A DNA stretch of 64,000 nt from Fonticula alba ATCC 38817 (Eukaryota; Protista; Nucleariida): the NCBI GenBank assembly GCA_000388065.2, contig KB932202.1; one strand, given 5' to 3'. The notes beneath the pieces are model-generated. The model made no database searches. It was not told the DNA's origin and was given only the letters and a program-made list of their open reading frames with translations. Every line of letters begins with the position of its first letter. The first letter of the stretch is position 1. Shown one piece after another: positions 12,108 through 25,219 of this stretch. The translations under genes were made by a program, and so were the position numbers.

Positions 12108-15100
12108 TCAAATGAGGCAGATGTAGCGGACCAGCTCCAGCGGGAGCCGCGAGATGGGGCCCTCGCGGGAGATGGAAGCCGCAGTGAAGAACAGCTGCCG
12201 GTACGTGTGGTAGAGGTGCTGGGAAAGCCGACAGCCGAGCAAGGAGAGGTCAGAGTGGGGACAGGGGAGCAGGACTCACGCGAGCGAGGGCGTACGTTGC
12301 GCGCAAGGCGGCGGTGGATGATGTGATGGATGTTGCCCTCCATTGTCACACAGGGCAGGCGGGCGGAGGAGGACGAGGCAAGAAACGAGAGGGCGAGCTG
12401 GCCCAAGGGCGACTTGCAAGGGAGGAGCACGAAACGCAGGGAAGGGAGGGGGGGGGGGGAGGAGGGCGGGGATGGCTGGAACTGCGCATCAGGTCACTGG
12501 TACCATCCTTTCTGATCACCCACTGGCAAAAGGGCACCTCCTCGGGGCAGCTCCAAAGCAGGAGCAACAGCAGCAGCAGCAGCAAGGCCCCATCTCACTT
12601 ACACACACGCACAAGCCCAATCGATGATCCTCCATGCCCCATCGGAAGGCGGGCGGGGGAAAATGGAACGGGACGGGGAGACGTCCGAACGAGGATCACA
12701 CGCCTCTTCGAGGCATGCCGGCATCCGCGTGGCGTGATCAGTCATGCAATTCTTGCAGCTACCAACGCTTGGCGCCTGCCCCGACACCCGACACTCCAGG
12801 CCCCGGGCCTGGGCCATACACACCCCCGAAGCTGCGGCGCCGGCGTCGTTTGTTTATTCCCTCTTCTTGGAGGGGGGGGGAACACGACAGCCGGCTCGCA
12901 CATTGTCGGATCCTGCCCGAGAATCACATCGCTGCATTTCAGCTACCCCACAATGCCTAGATGTGGTATTCCAGCTGTTGGCCGTCCCTATGCGCCGCAG
13001 TCACCAGGGGGGAGGGGCGGGGGAAATCCGACGTGGAGCAGTCAAGAGGCGGAGATGGGTCAGAGATACAGAGAGAAAGGGATTGAGGGAGCGGGGGGCG
13101 GGGGGGGGGGAGTGAGAGTAAATGGGTCATGTGCATGCCACCCCCGTGAGTGGGAAGAGCACGCGAACGGCAGAGAGCCGGGAAAACGGGAAATGGGCCA
13201 GGATGAGGGGATGGGAATGCGCACTTGCTCCACGCCGCGTAGCCCAGATCCACGATGCTGGCCATGGCGGCTTGGCACTCGGAGAGCAGGTCACAGGGGG
13301 CCTGCACAGGGCTGCCACTCTGGTTCGGGTGCGCGAGCTCAAAGGCCGCCAACGCCTCGGCGGCCGGGATCGAAGGCGAGGCCCGGCAGAAGGACCCCAT
13401 CGCGGACCAGTATCGGCGGTTGGCACGCAGGGCAAAGGCCAGGGAGCTGGGACAGCCGGGCCGCCGCTCGAGGCGTCCCTGGAGCTCCTCCGCCCATGCG
13501 CCCATGGCCAGGACCAGCGACCGGTCGGCGAAGGGGATGGACGACGACGGGCTCGCCGGGCCAGCAGCACCCAAGGCCCCCCGGAGGCAGGCCAAACGCA
13601 GGAGCTCCCGGCCCCCGGCCGGGGGGGGATCCAGTGCGGCCACCTCCTCCGCGGAGGCCTCCTCCAGTCCCAAGCAGACTAGGGTCGCGCGCGACCGGGA
13701 AAGCTGGCGCTCGGCCTTCAGGCGCCGGCACAAGCGCGACTCCATCCAGAAGCGCCGGTCACGCGTGGCCTCGGCCCGCGACAAACGGGCGAGATTACAT
13801 CCGCCCTGCTCGGCCGGGGCCCCGGTCGCCGGCGCCAGCACCCCATCCGACAGCACAGGCGCCAGCCAGCCCAAGAGATGGTGATCCACTTCCGAAGGGC
13901 CCACAGCGGGGGACAACTCGGGGGGGGGCTCCCTCCGGAGAGCCACGCGCGAGGGGCCCACCATTGTGGCCAGGCCCCGAGCCAGCAGCGGGCCAAGTCG
14001 AAGGCGGAGGTCGGCCTCGGACAGGCGCATCGTGTGGGAGAGTTCCTGCGGAGAGGGCCGCGCCGGCCGCAAGTCAGTGAGGGCCGATGGAAGGGGCAGC
14101 AGGAGAAAGGGGCTCGCACGGTCAACGTGCAGCCGGAAAGGCAACCGCCCCCGCGCTGCACATCCTCCAGCTCGACAAAGGGCCACTCAGCCAGGGAGAA
14201 GAGCACCGCCGCCGAGGCCAATGGGAGGGCGAAGTCCACGGGCGGCTGGCCACCGGGAGCCACCCGTCGGACCACGACCGACCCCTGGGGAAGAGGGGCC
14301 CGGGGTCCCGTCGCCCGGATGGTTAGTAACAGTCGAGACAAGGGCAGGGGGCTTGGCCAAGCTCGGCCCCTGGTAGCATGTGCTGCTGTGGGGCCGTCAT
14401 ACCAGGCGCGTGAATTGGAGGCGCCGGCCGGCGCGGGCCTGGCCCGTCGGGTCCGGCTCTCGGTCCCCGCCGCCGGCCCCGGCGAGGTCGTCCAGCCAGC
14501 GTGCCGTCTGTCGGAGGAGCTCGCACTGGGCGGCCCAGCCTGCCGAGCCGGCCAGGCCAAGGAACGGCCCTTCGGCCAGCGGGCTGAAGCTGAGCAGCGG
14601 CGAGTCCCGCTTGGACGGAATCAGCAGCACGGATGCCGGGAGCGTCTGGCCGGGGTCCCGGGCGGCCAGGAACATTCCGGCCCCGCGCCCGAGAAGCTGG
14701 CACAGAGCGGCCGGCGCCTCGGAGTGCTGAGGCGTCAGCTGACCCACGAACGGGGGACAAAGCAATCCGGAAGTTAGCAACATGCGCGAGGACCTGCATG
14801 GGGGGGGGGGCGGGGGGGGGGAGGCAAGAGCATCGGGGCCTTTCCTTGCTGTCTCCCACCAGGAGCCCAGCACGACATACATGCAAGCTGGCCAGGGCCA
14901 GTTGCGCGGCATCCGGGAAGCAGCCAGCCCAGCCGGCATGGTCCAAGGCCGTGAGGGGGGGGGCCGCTTCGGAGGCCGCCTGGCTGCTGCACTCGAGCGA
15001 GGGGCCGGAATCCCCGACGCCCGGTGGGAGGACACACCGGCGACAAGCAACCCCGGCCAGGACCGCACAAAAGAGGGCTCCGGACATCAGGGCGTCCAGC

Positions 15101-18100
15101 GAAAGCCCCGGGCCAGCTTGTCCCGGGGCCGTGGCCACCGAGCAGGCTCGCAGCACGGACACCAGCCAGGCGGACGTGGCTTCCAAATAGACAGCCGTGC
15201 CATTGTGCACAGACACCCGGGCCCGCAGCGCGCGCCCGGTCAGTGACTCCCCCGCGGCTGGCGCCTGTCCAGGGAGAAGCTGCTGCCCGCATGCGCACAA
15301 ACGCTCGGCCCAAGGGCGCGGCCGGGCACCGGGGATGTCCAGCGACTGGAACAAGCGCACCAGCCCGGCAGTGAGGGCCTCAAGGCATTCGACGTAGTAC
15401 GGCTGAAGGGAGGGCATCATGGCCTGGTGCCGGAATGCACGCGTGTGCGTGTGCGTGCGCGTCATCCATTGTAATCGGGTCAGTGGACTGCGGTAGGACA
15501 GCTCCGCTGGTCGAGGGGGCCCGTTCGAAGCACAGCCGGGCCCCCTGTTCCAAGGCGTACCTCTACCAGCTGGCCACGCGCCCAGTCAGCCACCTGGCGC
15601 ATTTCCTGGCCGGTGCGTGGCTGTTGAAGGAACTGCTCGAAGTCCGAATAGGATACCGGTGCAAAAAAGGCCCCAATCGGGCCAAGCGACAGCAGGACTA
15701 CCGCCGCGTGCAGACGCCCGGCACGCTCATTCAGCTGGACTGCACCCAGAGACGCACACACAGGGCGGGGTGCCAGGTAAGTTTGGAGGACCGCACATGC
15801 GCGCGCGAGTGAGACACACACAGAGAGCGAGCGAGCGAGCGAGCGAGCGAGCGAGAAGGAGAGAGGCCTTCATGAAGAAGGGACCCCGGACCAAAAACCG
15901 CCCCAGCCAGTCGGCAAACGCACCCAAACTTTCCAGGTCGGTCGCATGCGCGAAGTCCAGCTCCCGGCAGGCGTCCACCAGGCAGCCGGCCAGAAGCTGC
16001 ACCAGAGGCCGGGCAAGGGGCCGTCGGAAGTGCGGGAAGGCGCCCGCCGGCGAGCCGGGCTCCTCTTCCCGCGGCGTCAGGACCTGCAAACCCAGGAGCA
16101 GGCCCCGACAGCAGATCTCCAGACGCCTGAGGGCCGCCCCGCATTCCGGACTCCCGGCGATGATCTGACGCAGGCCGCGCATTAGCCTGCCCGTGTCGTA
16201 CAGCCGCCCGGCCGGGGCGCCGAGATGGGTGGTCTCACGCCGGAGATCCGCGGCCCAGGTGGACACAGGGGTGGTCGGGGCTTCCAGGACAGCCGCCAGC
16301 AGGGCACGGATTTCGCCACGGGCGGCCTGCGACAGATGTCAGGGCGGAGCGGGGAAAAAAAAAATCAAAAAAGGCAGGCCGCGGGGCTGACATGGAAACA
16401 GGCCGGAAGGGGGAAGCGAAAGGGAAAGAGCGGGAAAGGGGAAAAGCTCGGAGGAGGAGAACGGAACCCCTACCTGAAGAAGACTGGCCACATGGCCGGA
16501 GAGGGCATTTTCCAGCAGGGCCTGAGCCGGGTCCGCTCCGACATCGGCCCCGGGTGACTGAAGTGCCGCGCAAAGACGGGCAACGCGTTCCCGACGCGCG
16601 AGGCCGTCCAGCAGCTGCTCCCACAAAGACGGTCAGGGGTCCCGGAAGGGGAGCACGGAATTCGCGCAGGGCACTGAGCAAAGCACGCACACTGGTCGGG
16701 TCATCCAGCAGGCCAGCCACATCCGGCGGGGCATCTGCCGGGCCTTTGAGCAGCTCGCGGTTGAGGGCGGCACCGGCGGCAGCCAAGATGACCTGCACCG
16801 ATGGAAGGGCGATCCCCTGCACTCCGCCGGCCGCTTCGGTGGGGGCACCGGCCTGGGCCTGACATAGAGCCTGGAAGAGGCCCTCCAAAGGGGGCTCGCC
16901 ATGCGGGCCGAGCTCGACGAAAAGCGCCACACGCTGGGCAAGGTGCCGGCCTAGCTGGGTGCCGGTGCTGTCGAGGCAGCGCGGCCACAGGCCCTCATCG
17001 CGCAGTGCCAGCCCCAAAAGCAGGCTGGAAGTCCAAGCCCCCGAAAGGAGCGCCGGCCAGTCTGCACGCCGGGGCAGAGACTGCCATGTGCCAGCAGGCC
17101 GTCGGCCAGTCAGTCAGTCAGTCGGTCGGCCGGTCGATGGGGTGGCCGTAGCAATTCAAGACAAACACACCGATTCCAGGGCCACCACGAGGATCTCGGC
17201 GCCGGGGACACCGGACTCAATCAACTGGAACAGCCCCGGCAGGGGGCGAGGGGCTATGGGTCAGACACTCGGACGGGCAGGCAATCTCCGCATATGCCGG
17301 GTATCGGGCGTACGCGCTCCACAGCGGGCAGGCTGTGCTGGCCGAGCAGCTGAGCCGAGACGGCCAAAAGGGCCAGCAGGAGCGACGGCACAATGGCCTG
17401 TGTGTTGCCGGCCTGCAGCAGATGGGCCAGATAGCTGCGGCCAGCAAGCAGAGGGCGAGGGCGGGGCATTGCTGCGGGGTAAGGAAGAGCACGCGAAAGC
17501 CGGCTGAGAGGGGCGACCGGCGGAGAGGGCGAAGGAAGGGGAGCATACCCGCGAAGGAACTCGAATGCCGGGCCGCGGAAATGCTCATCCCCCGCCGGGT
17601 CGGCGGACACAGCAAACACCGGCAGGCTGGCCAAGATCTCGGCCACATTGGCATCGGGCTCCGAACTGGTGGGACCGGCGTCAGCAACAGAGCCAGAGCG
17701 GGTGCGACGGTGGCCCGTCTCCTGCGAGCCCCTGGTCGCGGTCTGCACAGGAGCCGAGTCGGCCAGCCAGACATTTAGCCACAGAAGAAGCGCCAGGTCG
17801 CGATCTGGCGCAAAGGGGCCGGCCTGCGCGTGCCAGGCAGCCGGGCAAGGTGAGTCAAGCACATGCGGCAGGGTGTGGCTGTCAGTGCTGGGCAAAGGGC
17901 AAAAGAAATCCCGCCCAGAGTCGTGGCTGCCTTGTGCCGGGGGAAACGCACACCAAGCCCGGCAACCTGCGCCACCGCTGACGCCACACTCAAGAAGGCC
18001 CCATCCAAGTTGGGCCGCGCATGGGGCCGGCCATCGCGCAGCGAGCCGGGTCCCGGCTCCCGGGAGCTCGCGAGGGGAACAAGATCGCCCGGGCGCAGGA

Positions 18101-18410
18101 GCAGCGTCCCGGCCACCGGCGACGGGAAAGGGTAGGACAGGCGCCCGGTGGCCTGATCAAAGACCAGCGGCGCCCCGCCGGCCGCCCGGGATAGCAGCCC
18201 GTATAGCGACTTCCCCGGCCGGAGAAGGGTGTCCACACCACGGAGATCGGACAGCCGGGCTGGACGCCCGGCTTCGGCCGAAGCAGCCGCCGCACCAGCA
18301 GCAGCCGTCCCCCAGATATGGCGACCGGCATCCCCGGCGGCCAGGAAGCCCAGCACATGTCCGGCGTCGATCGGGCCCGCTGGCTGGGGGTCGGGGTCAT
18401 GGGGGGGCAT
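12108..18410 (-). CDS. Large multi-exon protein of unknown function, Leu/Ala-rich and probably a helical solenoid; ends ...ISRLPLELVRYICLI*
   Basis: Chain of protein-like minus-strand ORFs (17775-18410, 17254-17895, 16235-17017, 15727-16266, 15480-15821, 14323-15465, 12957-14186), separated by tracts that are CT-rich on the minus strand. Exon boundaries are not fully resolved. Confidence 0.6.
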
Positions 18411-19158
18411 TCACGGCAGGAGAGCGGCGCGCCAGACAGGGCAAGGATGAAGGACTGAGACAACCGGCGTGCGGGTGGAAGAAGGGCGCCGAGAGGAGGC
18501 GGGGGGGGGGGGGGGGGAAGAGAGAAAGGGGGGNNNNNNNNNNGGCTGGGGCATGCAGGGGCCGCGGGAAGCCGCCTGGAGACCGATGGGTGCAAAAAAG
18601 CACCCAGGGTGTCCGGATTGGGGGGACACCGCTCGCGCCCGCGCCCGCGCCCACGCCCGCGATGTGGAGGACCTCCTGCGGCTCGGAGCTGAATCCAGGC
18701 GTATCCGAGAAAAAAAACCCCACTGAACGCGTGTTCGCACGGAGAGAGACAAAGGCCGCAATCAAAATCAGGAACATGGACACGATCGACCCCGGACGAG
18801 ACGAGTCACATGACACGTGGTCGGGACATCCCGCCGGACGTGCCGACCTCGAGGAAAAAAAAACAACAAAAAACGCCGCAATCAAGGCAATAAAAAAGGC
18901 ACAATACCCGGCAGGCAGGAAACGCCCAAGGGGCGGGGAGGGTGGGCGGCGAGAAAAAGCGAGGCATACCGCGAGTGCCACGAGTAAATGTATGTATATT
19001 CTGGGCAGGGGGGAGGGGGGGGGGAACAAACCGAAAGTAGGAAGGGGCGGAGAAAAGAGCCCCCGCAAAAGGGCCGGAGCCAGCTGGCCGGCGGGGAACC
19101 CAGCCGTCGTCGTGTGCAGTGCATACACACACACACACACACACACACATCGGCACCA

Positions 19159-22100
19159 TTAGGCCTTGCGGAAACCACGACGGAAGGGGGTCGGGCCGAA
19201 GATGGCCACAGAGGAGACCTCCAGCGCGGTGGCGATGTCGTTAAGCTCCTTGGCAATGGGGTCCGAGTGGATCTGAGCCAGGGAGAGGAAGGAGTTGGCA
19301 CGGACGCCGAGCTTGTTGCGGACAATATGATCCAGCACAATACGGATGTACGTGACAAAGCGATCAACCGCCGGGTGGAGCACGAACTCGGCCAGACCAT
19401 AGTGCGCGTAGAAGGACTGCAGGGAGAGGCGCCGGGTGATGGCAATCAGGTAGTTGCTGACCGGGTTGGCGTATTCCACATAGGGAATGGACAGGGAGTC
19501 CATCAGGCGGCTGTGGTTGGTCTCGTGGAGGATCTGCTCCGGGTGGGTGAAGGCGTCCCCGGCGCCGGACATCGAGTTGAAGGCATTGCGCAGGCGCGGC
19601 TTGGACAGGACGGTGCGCATGTGCGACAGCATGGCCCCGGCGTCCTCGGGACCGATGGACATGCTGGGGAAGGAAAGCTGCGAGACGGGGAGGCTGAGCG
19701 GGCACGGAAAGGGGGAGGAGAGAGACAAAGAAGGAGGGGACATGCCCCCGCAGCCAAGAGAGGAAGAAGTCAGCATCATGACGGAGAGGCGATGGGGGAA
19801 GGCAAGGCACATGGGGGGGGGGCGCGCGTGGCGAGCGAGGAAGCCCCAAACACAGGCGGGCGGAGGAGGAAGGCATGGCAAGCAGAAAAAAAAAAAGAAG
19901 CCCCAAAAGAAAACACGCACCAGGCATCCGGGTCAACGGACTCCTCCTCGGCAGACTCCGAGTGGACGACGATGCTGGACACAAAGGTGGACGCAGTGCG
20001 CAGGCTCAGATCGTTGAAGGAATCCAGGGCCGAGGTGATGTACTCCGACAGGGCCGGCAGGCAGAGGTTCGGCGAATTGGCCCGCTTGTCCGGCTGGCTG
20101 GTCGGGGCCGGGCTGGCCATCTGCGAATCGATGGACCGCTGCTCGAACAGGTACGCCAGCAGGACAAACAGCTCCGACACACCGTCGGTCTTGGTGGCGG
20201 CGGCGCGCTCCAGCACCGGCCGGTGGTGCTCCAGCAGGTAGTGCAGCACCATGGGGCCCGACCCGACGGTCGGCTGGGCCATGACCATGGCCGACACCGG
20301 GGTCAGCAGGCCGCGAGTGTTGAGCATGCGCGTCTGGCGCATCATCTGCAGCTGGAACCAGAAGAGGTAGGCATGCTCCGGGGCCAGGGCCGGGTTCTTG
20401 TGCACCAGCATCGAGTGGCGCAGGACCCGGTCGATGCCCTGGGCCACCTGCTCGTAGCGCTCGCTGTCGCCATTGTCCACGCACGACTGCGCCAGCTGGG
20501 TCAGGGCCACCAGCGACGGGGTGTCCACCACGCTGGTCGGCAGGAAGGGCGGAATCGGCCGGGACATGAGCGAACGCATCCGGTGCATGGGCAGGCCGAA
20601 GAACAGGACATTGCCCTCGCGATCCAGGCCACGGCGCCCAGCACGACCGGCCAGCTGGCGGAAGTTCAGCGCATCCAGGTTCAGCGACTCACCGGCAAAG
20701 ACCACGGTCTTGGCCGGCATGTTCAAGCCGAGACCCAGCGTACCGGTGGCAAAGATGAGACGCGCCTCACGCAGGCGGAAGAGCATCTCCGCCCGGGTAC
20801 GATAGTTGGAGGAAACCGCACGATGGTGGATGATGATGCCCCGCTCCAGGCCATAGGTGAGGATGCGGTTCTGGTTGGCAGCCCGCGGCATGGAGGCCAG
20901 GGCCTGGCGCAGGTTGTCGGTATTGTGGCCCAGGAAGGAGTGACGCTCGCGGACCATGTGCTCCACATCCTCCACCGTGAGGGTGGGCTCCTTCTGCTCG
21001 TCCTCCGGGTGGGGGAGGTCCTCCTCCTCGCGATCGCGCCGAGGGGTGGTGCTCTTGCGCTCGGTGGCATCGCGCGCACGACGAGCCGCCTGCTCCTCCT
21101 GCTCGGCCTTGCGGAACATGCGCTTGAAGCGTGGCGACTCGCGGTCCACCTCCTCGGCGGCCATGACCGCCTCGACCGTCAGCTGGAAGAGAGCGCGGCA
21201 GCGCTCCACCGAGAAGGTGAAGACAATGATCGGGCCCATGTCCGCCTGGTGCAGGTGCCGGACCAGGGCATAGACATTCTGCTGGAGGAACTGCTCATCC
21301 GACAGGGCCAGGCTACGCTCGGAATGGAAGAGCGCCACACGGCGGTCAATCTCATCACGCGTGTGGCGCAGCACCGCCAGCACATCATCCACCACGGTGG
21401 ACAGGGTGTCCCGCACGGCGGCCACGGCCGCCTTCAGGACCTGGCGCAAGTTCGGCCGCGGGCCCTTGCTGTCCGAGGGGGTGGTCGGCGCACGGACCGC
21501 CACCATCAAAACACCGGACCCAGCCGGCGACCGGAGGGCCAGCATCCCCCGGCCGGCGTCCACCACATCGACCGCCTCCTTGATCCGGCCAAGAACATGG
21601 CGACTGAGGAGGAACTCCGCGTGGCCGGAAAACTCGAAGATCGCCTGCGGGCCGCGCTCGGTGCAGGTGACCCCGCGCAGGAGCTTGGAAAAGACCGCCA
21701 TCAAATCCTCCTGATACCGCAGGGCCATGTCACGGGTGATGATGTGCTCCCCGGCGAAGTAGGCCGACGGGAGGAAGCGCTCGCTGAAGGCATTGTTCCG
21801 GAGCACGCGCGACACGGCCAAGTACAGCTCGAGGGCCTCATCCGGCGACAGGTAAATGTCATCCGGCATGGCCTGGCTACGGAGCTCCTCCAGCGAGTAC
21901 ATGGCCAGCGTGTGCAGCGGCACAATCGGATCGGCCTCCGGGTTGGAAAGGTCCGGAATGAAGGCCGACTTCTTCAAGTCATTGAAGCGGTACTTGGTGT
22001 GGATGAAGCGCACCGGCCGGCCGGAGGCCTTGTGCGCGGTGTCCAGCCAGGAGCGCATGCTCTCCGGGTTACTGATGGTGGCCGACAGGGCCAGGAAGGG

Positions 22101-25100
22101 CGAGTGCGTCAGCAGCAGCAGACGCTCCCAGGTGCTGCCCTCCGGCGAGTGGATCGAGTGGACCTCATCGAAAATGACATAGCGAATGCGCTTGGCCCAG
22201 TCCTGGATGGCCGGCTTGGTGGACAGCAGGAACTCCTCGTAGATCTGCGGCGTGAGGACCACAATCTGCGAAGTGAGGATGTCCCGGCGGATTTGCACGG
22301 TACCAATACCGACCAGGCGCCGGGAGGGATCGTCATACTGCTTGTCGAAGCGTGCCTGCACCTCCCACAGGACCTGGTTGGCCAGGGGGTTGGTCGGCGA
22401 CACGAAGATCACAATGCCCGAGTCATCCTTCTCGGCCAGGACCTTCTCCATGCAGTAGTACGAAATGAAAGTCTTCCCGGAAGAGGAGGGAGCCGCCACC
22501 AGGGCCGACTCATCGCGGTCAACCAGGTCCAGCAGGTCGCGCTGCCAGGGGTCCGGCCGGAAGGGCACACGCGGATCGGCCACATTGTTGGGCCGCGGCA
22601 TCTCCGGCCCGAGGAAGCGCATCTGGATGGTCCACAGGTCCGGCTGGATGACCAGGCCACTGATGGGCTCCGAGGTGAGGGGCGCAATGCGCAGCAGGCG
22701 CGACATGTCCTCGGCCATGTGGGCAAACACCTCGCCACCATTGTGCACGATGGCCAGGATGGCACGGCGGTCGTCGCGGGAAATCTGCCGCGCGGAGTCC
22801 GAATCCAGCTGCAGGCACAGGCGCAGCTGATTGAAGACCTCCAGCACGATGAGGGCCTTCTGCCGGGTGTCCACATTGCGGGTCTCCACCGTGGACCGGA
22901 GGCGCCACCGGTCCCAGGCCTTCTGCAGGTCCACCAGCGAGAAGGTCGGCACCCGGCGAGTGGAGGGGGTGTGCGTGCGCTCGCCACCCTGGCGGTTCAG
23001 CAGGAAGCGCGTCTTGGGGATTTGCCCGGCCAGCGAGTCGGCCATGCGCTTGGCGAAGGCGGCCATCCGGTCGCGATGCCGAGCCGAAAGCTTCACCGGG
23101 CCGGCCTCGGCGTTGGACTCCTCATCATCGGACTCCTCGGCCTCGGAGTCCTCCTCCTCCTCCTCCTCCTCCTCGTCGGAGGCATCCTCCTCATCGTCAT
23201 CGTCGTCATTGGCGGCGGCTTCGTCATCCTCGGCCTCGCCGGAGGCGGGCGATCCGTCGGCCGACACCTTGAGCGCGGCCTCCAGGTCCTCCTCGATGAC
23301 CGGCAGCATGTCCACAATGGCGGTATTCTGAGACCGATACGAGCCCAGCAGGGTCGGGTCCGCCTGGCTGACAGTGGCGCGGCTGGTGTCCAGCGCGGCC
23401 AGCAGCTGGCTGGTGTTCAGGCCGTCCGGCACGCCGGGAAGCAGAGGATGCTTGGCGGCATCCAGCCCGGCCAGGGCCAGGACATTGGTCCACAGCAGGC
23501 TGGCCACCGTGCGGAGGAGCTTCTTCCCGAGGACGGCCTCCAGCTTGGCATCGGCCGGGGCCAGGAGCAGCGCATGCAGGACCGCATGCAGCAGGCGCCC
23601 ATCCAGCCAGTCGGCCAGGCCGGCCTCGAAGCCGCGCAGATCCGACGCATCATACTCGTCCTCATCGAGATCGGCCTCGAAGGCAGCCAGCGCCGGGGCG
23701 AAGAATGCCGAGAGGTCCTGGATGAAGGCCACCAGGCTGGGCTCGGGCTGGCTGTAGGTCACCGAGCGGACGGTCACCGGCAGCAGGGAAATCATGGCCG
23801 TGTGGATGACAAAGGCCCGGGCGAAGAGCAGCTCCAGCCCGGCACCGGCGCCGGCCTGAAGCTTGGTCCGCAGGAGCGAGGCCACGGCCAGCGAGGAGAC
23901 CACCCACCGACGGGTGTCCCGGCCGAGAGCCAGATCCCGATGGAAGTCCGTCAGGAGGCCGGCCGGCTTGGCCACCGGGGCCGGCGGGAAGAAGCGCAAG
24001 ACCGCCTGGTCGAAGGAGGCCAGGTCCAGAGTGACATCCGACAGGGCCATGCGGGCAACCAGGATGGCCGAGGCGAAGACACGCGGGCGGCGCTGCTCGA
24101 GGGTCTCATAGAAGCTGGAGTGCCGAGCGCATGGGAGAGGTGGAATGGCCAATGGGGGGTCAGCGATGTGGGGCTGATCGGGGAAGGGCGAGAGGAGGGA
24201 GCAGGACCAAGAGGCCGGGGCCGAGAGCCAAGGCGAGGGGGGGGCAGGGAGTGTCGACGGATGACGCACAGGACGTTGGACTGGCCGTGAATGGCGGCCG
24301 CGGCAAGCAGGCGCGAGTAAGCCTCGATGCCGGGCGCGCCGGCCGGGGCCAGCTGCGACGCCAGGGACGCGGGGAAAACACGCGGCAGGATGAAGATGGA
24401 GTCGGCCTGGTTGGCCGGGAACACCTGGGAGAAGGCCACCAGCGAGTTGACCTTCAGCACGGTGAAGGGGAACAGCGGCTTGGCGTGGGCGCCGGCCTTG
24501 GCGGGCTTGCCCTCGTTGTCGGAGTCGGACTCCTCGTCGTCGTCCGAGTCGGACTCCTCGTCGTCGTCCGAGTCATCATCAGCCGGATCGCCAATGGGCT
24601 GGCCCTGGAGCAGCTCCAGATGCTTGATCAGGGTCTCGCGCAGGGCCATGTGGGCCGGGGAGATGGCGGCCCAGGCATTGGCCAGGCAGTCGCTGAAGAC
24701 CACATTGTTGGCCAGCGAGTAGGGCAGGGTCTCCAGCATGAACTGGAGCTCCTTCTCGAAGGCGCGCACCGCGTGGAGGCTTTGCCCGCCGAAGTTCATG
24801 TTGACGGACCGGTGCTCGAGCACCCACAGCAAGAGCGCGTCACCGGCGATGAACATGATCGGCCCGTGCTCCATCAGGCAGGACACGTCCTCCACGGTGG
24901 GGAGGAAGCGCACCAGGAACTGGTCCAGCAGCTCGATGGCCTGGCGCGGCTTCTCCGCGGTGATGACCATGCGCGACTGGCTCGGCGCATCCAGCTGGGG
25001 GTCCATCTTGGGAGGCTGCACGATGATCGAGTTGTCGAGCTCATCGAAGAAGGTGCTCACCGACTTGTGGCGCAGACGCACCGCATAGTCCGGGAAGGGG

Positions 25101-25219
25101 AGACCGGTGGTCGGCGACACGAACTTCGAGTTCTTCGACGGCGCCGAGGACTCGGCCTTCTTGTCCATGTCGGTCATCGAAGGGGAGGCACTGACGGAGG
25201 GGCTGTTCCGCTGGCTCAT
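19159..25219 (-). CDS. DDX60: DDX60-like Ski2-family DExD/H RNA helicase; exons 25219-24270, 24114-19921, 19663-19159 (~1882 aa)
   Basis: Motifs APSSSGKT, FDEVH, LALSATI, IHHRAV, FATGTLGLGLNMPAKTVVF and FRQLAGRAGRRGLD. Also DDX60-type N-terminus FIAGDALL...GGQSLHAV...LRETLIKHL and PDLWTIQMRFLG...DPRVPFRPDPWQ. Splices join in frame. Confidence 0.92.

Noticed and set aside
19875-24290. 1471-aa plus-strand ORF overlapping the helicase (and similar antisense ORFs throughout the window)
   Set aside because: Mirror frame of a GC-rich gene with strong codon bias. It has no recognisable motifs, whereas the minus strand has a complete helicase motif set.
557-25219. RNA-silencing or antiviral cluster (FAM172A/Arb2 plus DDX60)
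   Set aside because: The two genes are 17 kb apart with unrelated housekeeping genes between them, and no Argonaute, Dicer or RdRP is visible.
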